DNA from: a virus
Lineage: Duplodnaviria > Caudoviricetes
Virus record (IMG/VR): IMGVR_UViG_3300033183_000125
Span: 1 to 60,205 of that record
DNA: 60,205 nucleotides
Reading direction: 5' to 3' (one strand)
In this document: piece by piece, positions 55,897 through 60,205 of the stretch
Layout of the letters: every line of letters starts with the position of its first letter
Numbering within the stretch: the first letter of the stretch is position 1
The notes under the pieces: model-generated
The model's database searches: none
Told to the model about the DNA's origin: nothing
Seen by the model: the letters and a program-made list of their open reading frames with translations, nothing else
Translations under genes and position numbers: made by a program

Positions 55897-56249
55897 TGGA
55901 AAAAAACACGGTAGCGCTAGCGAAGGAAGAGATTAGCGCTTGGCTTGCCGACACATTACAGCGGCAGGCCGACGTAATAATAACATCAGATGTTCGGCGA
56001 GTATCCGACATCTGCCAAGACCCAGAACGAGATGAGGTCACGGTGGTAGCTTGGACTGAGTTCGATGAGATGAGCGTCGCAGAGTTCTTCGACTTCATAG
56101 AAACGCTTAACTCGTCGGGGCAAGGGGTATGGGTCGAAGGCCATCACCCTGATGGTGACAGGTCTGACCTGTTTGAAACGTATGATGGACACGTCGCGGA
56201 CGACTACGCCCTGTTCTTCATACACAATTTGGAAAGCATCGCAAGCTGA
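55884..56249 (+). CDS. Acidic hypothetical protein
   Basis: Coupled ORF containing VEGHHPD. Confidence 0.65.
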   Translation: MEMLMEKNTVALAKEEISAWLADTLQRQADVIITSDVRRVSDICQDPERDEVTVVAWTEFDEMSVAEFFDFIETLNSSGQGVWVEGHHPDGDRSDLFETYDGHVADDYALFFIHNLESIAS

Positions 56250-56264
56250 CAAAGGAGATCTCTA

Positions 56265-56432
56265 ATGGCTTATGATCGTCGTACAACTGCGGCAAAGAAG
56301 AAGACCGCAGACAAAATGAACAAGGCCGCAAGACGTGCAGGGCGCACGACAACTGCGGCATCTTCTCGTGCTTCTGGTATCCGCAACATGGCTAATAAAA
56401 CTGCTCGTGGTCGCGGCATCCGTCGGGCCTAA
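56265..56432 (+). CDS. 55-aa Arg/Ala/Lys-rich protein (not in the ORF track)
   Basis: AAAGGAG RBS. MAYDRRTTAAKKKTADKMNKAARRAGR...GRGIRRA. Confidence 0.65.
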   Translation: MAYDRRTTAAKKKTADKMNKAARRAGRTTTAASSRASGIRNMANKTARGRGIRRA

Positions 56433-56443
56433 TACCTTATCCA

Positions 56444-56995
56444 ATGGAGCGGTATGTCTGCCGCTCCTGCGGAACACTAAAAAACTCAGACGAATACTGG
56501 TACTGGAACGAAAGCAGGAGCGGTAAAAGAAGAAGAGAAACCTCGTGCAAAGTGTGTCGTGTCCAATACAGACACAACTCACAGCGTTCATTGCAAGGCT
56601 ACTTAGCACGTAAGGTTTCCCAACTGAAAAGCGCACGTCGTAAGCAAGGTGTTCAGTTCGACCTGACCCTTAAAGATTGTGTCCAACTCTACAGGGAACA
56701 GGGCGGCGTCTGCGCTATGACTGGCTTAGTCTTGTACTACGGACAGCCAGCTACCGACGATAAGTGGTTGAGCCAGAACATAAGCATAGACCGCATAGAC
56801 CCTGACGGTGCATACTGTAAGGACAACGTGCAGTTAATCTGCACATCCATCAACTTCATGCGAGGGAGATTGCCTGTTGAGTTATTTATTGACCTCTGCA
56901 CAAGAGTTGCTGGACGAAGCGATGGACGGAGTGGCCGACGTAGAGACGGACATGGTTCTAGCGATGAAGCCGACGATAGGGATTTTATCGCCTAG
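56444..56995 (+). CDS. Zinc-finger HNH-like endonuclease
   Basis: CRSC...CKVC, QGGVCAMTG, SIDRID...Y.KDNVQLIC..IN.M. Confidence 0.8.
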   Translation: MERYVCRSCGTLKNSDEYWYWNESRSGKRRRETSCKVCRVQYRHNSQRSLQGYLARKVSQLKSARRKQGVQFDLTLKDCVQLYREQGGVCAMTGLVLYYGQPATDDKWLSQNISIDRIDPDGAYCKDNVQLICTSINFMRGRLPVELFIDLCTRVAGRSDGRSGRRRDGHGSSDEADDRDFIA

Positions 56996-57173
56996 TGGTC
57001 AGGAAGCAAAGATAGTATCCCCAATAATAGAGATGTTACCCAATGGTATCGCTATCCATTTCGACAAAGAGACAAGAGTTTATCTAAGCTACATCAGTGC
57101 CGCCATGCTAGGCGACACTCTATCTTCAAGTTCATTTGAGGTGTTAGGTACACCTATTGAAGAGACTGCATAA
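56877..57173 (+). CDS. Hypothetical protein
   Basis: Last ORF of the + replication operon. Start uncertain. Confidence 0.5.
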   Translation: MSYLLTSAQELLDEAMDGVADVETDMVLAMKPTIGILSPSGQEAKIVSPIIEMLPNGIAIHFDKETRVYLSYISAAMLGDTLSSSSFEVLGTPIEETA

Positions 57174-57666
57174 CCTCATACCAGAACGGCACAGGGGTAC
57201 AGTGAACCCACTTGGCAAAGTGTGATTTCTCGTGGCAGTAATACGCCCGATAAGATGCTACGTGGTTATCAGAATGGTAAGCATCAGGCATACATAGGGG
57301 CGGCCTAGTGAGGCCGCCCTTTGGTATGTTTGGTGGTGCATCAACGAAGCAGTGCATACGATACATAGTGTTGTGCGTGGTGTGAAACCGTAGCCAATGC
57401 TCATTCATCAATCCACAAGCAAGCTGGTATGTCCATCGGTAGTTGGCTTCCGTCTCTGCGACCCACCTAGTCATGGGGTGTTTGACATGGCTCAACGGTT
57501 TGCCAGCCTTACTGTAAGGCGCACACATACCAGCCATCCAGCTATCATGTATGAAGTGTGCAAAGGACAGCATCTGGCCTGTCTCTGTAAACATCTTAGA
57601 GACGTGCTTATCGCACAGATATTTTGCCGACTTTTGTGGACACATCGACAGGTGAAATATGTTCAT
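57154..57666 (-). CDS. Pyrimidine-dimer DNA glycosylase (DenV-like family)
   Basis: MNIF.L...P..SA.YLCDKHV.KM..ETGQML, HP.TRW......NY.W, P.CMPD.Y, YRAYY..EK. Confidence 0.8.
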   Translation of the reverse strand: MNIFHLSMCPQKSAKYLCDKHVSKMFTETGQMLSFAHFIHDSWMAGMCAPYSKAGKPLSHVKHPMTRWVAETEANYRWTYQLACGLMNEHWLRFHTTHNTMYRMHCFVDAPPNIPKGGLTRPPLCMPDAYHSDNHVASYRAYYCHEKSHFAKWVHCTPVPFWYEVMQSLQ

Positions 57667-57997
57667 GTTTCACTATCTCCAGCCTGTATCCCATCACCTC
57701 AAGGACAGCCTGTACGCTATCAAGCCGCGCACCGTTCTTGTCCATCCACCTCTTAATGGTGGCATAGCCCAGACCAGATGCTAGTTCCAAGTCATGCAGA
57801 TTGAAACCGCCTTCGTCTATCAGCGCAAAGGTCTGCTTGAGAATGGGATTTATTCTTAGGGTATCAGCCCCAACGGACAAGCCTGTCCGTTGTGGTCTGC
57901 CACCTTTTGGATTACTTGTTGTCATGGATGGTACAAGCGCCAAGAGTTTTACAAGCCTTGACCATCTCATCCACGATCTGACGACGCGACTTATCAA
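57608..57997 (-). CDS. XRE/Cro-type HTH protein
   Basis: LHDLELASGLGYATIKRW...ARLDSVQAVLEVMGYRLEI. The true start is probably near 57925 (MTTSN). Confidence 0.7.
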   Translation of the reverse strand: MISRVVRSWMRWSRLVKLLALVPSMTTSNPKGGRPQRTGLSVGADTLRINPILKQTFALIDEGGFNLHDLELASGLGYATIKRWMDKNGARLDSVQAVLEVMGYRLEIVKHEHISPVDVSTKVGKISVR

Positions 57998-58316
57998 ACA
58001 CGATGCAACAAGCGTCGATGTATTCCTTCGCCTTGTCGCTGATCTTCCCAGTGTTGTCGCTCACCATGACAGTAGTCTTCGCAGTGTTGTCGCTCACTGT
58101 AGATCCGTTACGCACAAATTTAGCAGAAGAATTTTTACGAATACGCACGAGGTCGGGGCGATAATTTTTAGAGTTCGGATCGAAGTTTGTGACTGTCGAT
58201 GTTGAGATGCCGAACGACTGTGCTATTGAAGACTTAGGCTCACCCATTGCAAGGCGAGACTGGATTGCAGTTATAGCGTCACCGTCAATAAAAACATGTT
58301 TTTTGTGAGTAACCAT
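57912..58316 (-). CDS. HTH DNA-binding protein next to attP
   Basis: RLAMGEPKSSIAQSFGISTSTV helix-turn-helix. AAAGGA RBS. Confidence 0.7.
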   Translation of the reverse strand: MVTHKKHVFIDGDAITAIQSRLAMGEPKSSIAQSFGISTSTVTNFDPNSKNYRPDLVRIRKNSSAKFVRNGSTVSDNTAKTTVMVSDNTGKISDKAKEYIDACCIVFDKSRRQIVDEMVKACKTLGACTIHDNK

Positions 58317-58466
58317 ATCAAGTTCCTTTTCGTTACGATTGGTGTGTGTATATCAACATATATATATCTTATCATATCTATCAAGCATTTTTGCATGTCA
58401 GATACGTGACAATAACGTGACAGAGATGTCAAAGGGGACACAACGACATGTCTTGTAACTCGTTGT

Positions 58467-58500
58467 AAAAAAACAAAAACCCACCACGAAGGATGGGTTT
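58467..58500 (-). terminator. Terminator just downstream of the tRNA-like att core
   Basis: Minus strand AAACCCAUCC-UUCG-UGGUGGGUUU followed by UUGUUUUUUU. Confidence 0.75.
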
Positions 58501-58510
58501 AGATGTATTG

Positions 58511-58528
58511 TGGCTCCTCGGAGAGGAC
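58511..58528 (-). mobile_element. attP core = 3' end of a tRNA-Asn-like gene
   Basis: Minus strand GT-CCTCT-CCGAGGA-G-CCA (T-stem 3' strand, acceptor strand, discriminator G, CCA), about 80 bp from the integrase stop. Confidence 0.75.
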
Positions 58529-58605
58529 ACAGTAAATGACTACTGATACCTAGCAAATTCAGAATCTTATGTCGGATTTGCAAGTTGCCGTGTGTCAAAA
58601 ACGTG

Positions 58606-59616
58606 TCAGACATGTGCGAGTTGCCGACGAGATGACAACACGAAATCCCTTGCTCTGCTTTGAACGTAGCCCCTGTACCGCATGGTCATGGATATGTCAG
58701 CATGTCCCAAAAGATATTGCAAGTCACCTAAATCTGCGCCAGCTTTGGCCGTTAAATAAGCGAAGGTGTGTCGTGCATCATGCACTCTGATAGGCTTGAT
58801 TGTGCAATATGCACAGGCTCTCTTCAGTGCTTTGTTAAGTGTGGCTGATGCAGAACGATTGTCATTCCAGATGTCCAGCCCTCGGCTCGGCCACCTATTG
58901 GCCACCATATCCTTTACGTCATCCGTCATCGGAACATCTCTGGTCAATGTCTTCTGCTTCATCTTGTTCACTCGTCTGATCTTGACGACGCCGCCGACAA
59001 ACGACGAGCGTTCCAGCTTCAGCATCTCGCCAAGCCTTGCGCCAGTATCAAACAGCAATACAAAGTGGGGGTAATACTTAGGCTCTTTCGTCTTGAAGAA
59101 CTCAAGCACAGCGATAACCTCTTCCTCATCCAGATGCACATCTCTGGCATCATCCACTTGCGGCATTGGTATCTTGCAACACTTCCAGCCATAGCTTTCC
59201 TCTGCATATTTGAGGATGGCTCGTAGTTGATTGAGGTAACGCTTCACGCTGTTAGGCTGTAAGCCCATCATGGTATCGAAGACAAACGACTGTATCTTGT
59301 TAGTAGTGATGTCAGTCAACAGCACCTTACTCCAATAGCCAGCTAGCTTGTCAATCTTCCTGTCCATATCCAGAGACAGACGACCTTCCATCTGCTTCCA
59401 CTTACGGTAATCATCAATGGCATCGCCGACAGTCTTGTTCGTCGGCTGATTGAAGTTTCTTGTGAGGATATTACGCTCAATGTCCAAGCGCATCTGCTCG
59501 GCCATACGTCTTCCATCGGGGTGGGATGTAGGAATACGGGTGCTTTGGCGCACCCGTTTCCCAGCTAGAGTTCCAGCAATGTGCCAGACATCACGACGTT
59601 TCTCCAGTTTTAACAT
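58606..59616 (-). CDS. int: Tyrosine integrase
   Basis: TGARLGE, HDARHTFA, LLGH, MTMRY catalytic R-H-R-H-Y set. N-terminal arm-binding GKRVRQST. Confidence 0.95.
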   Translation of the reverse strand: MLKLEKRRDVWHIAGTLAGKRVRQSTRIPTSHPDGRRMAEQMRLDIERNILTRNFNQPTNKTVGDAIDDYRKWKQMEGRLSLDMDRKIDKLAGYWSKVLLTDITTNKIQSFVFDTMMGLQPNSVKRYLNQLRAILKYAEESYGWKCCKIPMPQVDDARDVHLDEEEVIAVLEFFKTKEPKYYPHFVLLFDTGARLGEMLKLERSSFVGGVVKIRRVNKMKQKTLTRDVPMTDDVKDMVANRWPSRGLDIWNDNRSASATLNKALKRACAYCTIKPIRVHDARHTFAYLTAKAGADLGDLQYLLGHADISMTMRYRGYVQSRARDFVLSSRRQLAHV

Positions 59617-60082
59617 GGTAGCTCTCTCTTAGTTTGGTGGTGTGTGTGGGGTAGTTCTCAGGGTGGATCGCCCAATCTTTAGGGATGCCAGCATAGGTTA
59701 TGTATTCTTCTGGCGAACACTTAGACAGGGTGATCCTGTATTTGGCCATAACTTCTTGTCGGTTAGTAGCCTTGGTCTTCTGCATGACACTACGAACATG
59801 CACTTTTGCTGTGCTTTCGGTGACTTTCAGCATGTCTGCAATATACTTATTGCTTTTGCCCAGCGCTAACATCTGCATGGTGGCATGTTGCTTTGCTGTG
59901 TATTTCACCAGTTCGTTCGTTGGGCAATGCGACGTTGGTGGTGTTCCGTCAAAGAGATGTTCAGAAGCATCTCTTCGATTGTTGCGTATCACTTGTTCTG
60001 ATAGCAGTTTGCATTGCGATTCAAGCATTTCTATGCGACTTTTTAGCCTGTCAATCTCCTCGTCATTATTATTATTATTCAC
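59591..60082 (-). CDS. LuxR/GerE-type HTH regulator with an N-terminal coiled coil
   Basis: YTAKQ...MLALGKSNKYIADMLKVTESTAKVHVRSVMQK.KATNR. GAGGAGG RBS. Confidence 0.88.
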   Translation of the reverse strand: MNNNNNDEEIDRLKSRIEMLESQCKLLSEQVIRNNRRDASEHLFDGTPPTSHCPTNELVKYTAKQHATMQMLALGKSNKYIADMLKVTESTAKVHVRSVMQKTKATNRQEVMAKYRITLSKCSPEEYITYAGIPKDWAIHPENYPTHTTKLRESYHVKTGETS

Positions 60083-60205
60083 GGTTTCAAAGCCTCCTCA
60101 ACTTTGATCTTTGCGTTTGGGTTTGAGTTAAACTACTGTATCAAATATAAGACATATTGAAGATGTCTTCAAGTTATATTGATACGGCACAGAAGTTGCA
60201 TTATG
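60065..60205. repeat. Terminal direct repeat, right copy
   Basis: Identical to 1-141. Confidence 0.95.

Noticed and set aside
58511-58528. A complete tRNA gene
   Set aside because: Only the 3' 18 nt are present, with no D or anticodon arms. It fits an att core.
60065-60079. (ATT)5 as a phase-variation tract
   Set aside because: It is a short trinucleotide repeat encoding Asn5, so slippage would stay in frame.
233-60082. Stop-codon reassignment
   Set aside because: Core genes are intact in the standard code and end in TAA, TAG and TGA.
811-60126. Numerous opposite-strand and alternate-frame ORFs in the track
   Set aside because: They are shadows of well-supported genes, without RBSs or recognisable motifs.

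Overview
The window is an apparently complete, circularly assembled ~60 kb tailed-phage genome. Bases 1-141 recur exactly at 60065-60205. It looks like a temperate podovirus-type phage, probably of an aquatic alphaproteobacterium (inferred from gene families). Layout: (i) a minus-strand early block (~58.6-60.1 kb continuing through 0.2-9.4 kb) with a LuxR-type HTH protein, a tyrosine integrase, a CobS/CobT (MoxR AAA+/vWA) pair and many small ORFs; (ii) a plus-strand virion block (9.8-48.6 kb) with terminase, portal, RCC1-repeat fibres, scaffold, capsid, tail, putative ejection proteins, a 3896-aa polyvalent protein (two HExxH metallopeptidase-like domains and an ADP-ribosyltransferase-like domain) and lysis genes; (iii) a divergent recombination/replication block with dNMP kinase, Cas4-like nuclease, SSB, Sak4, Cro, primase-polymerase/helicase, resolvase and HNH; (iv) an attP matching a tRNA-Asn 3' end. 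The most striking signals are mostly non-coding: a pseudoknotted type III hammerhead ribozyme in the early transcript (8520-8571, minus strand), a candidate late promoter GGGACGA-N19/20-TANNNT repeatedly placed on terminators or an RBS-occluding hairpin, recurring C(UACG)G mismatch hairpins before scaffold and capsid, and an ACACACACCA leader motif before early genes. At protein level there is an FtsZ C-terminal-like peptide in an early protein and shared terminal tags on putative ejection proteins. All calls are from reading the sequence by eye; no searches or folding programs were run.
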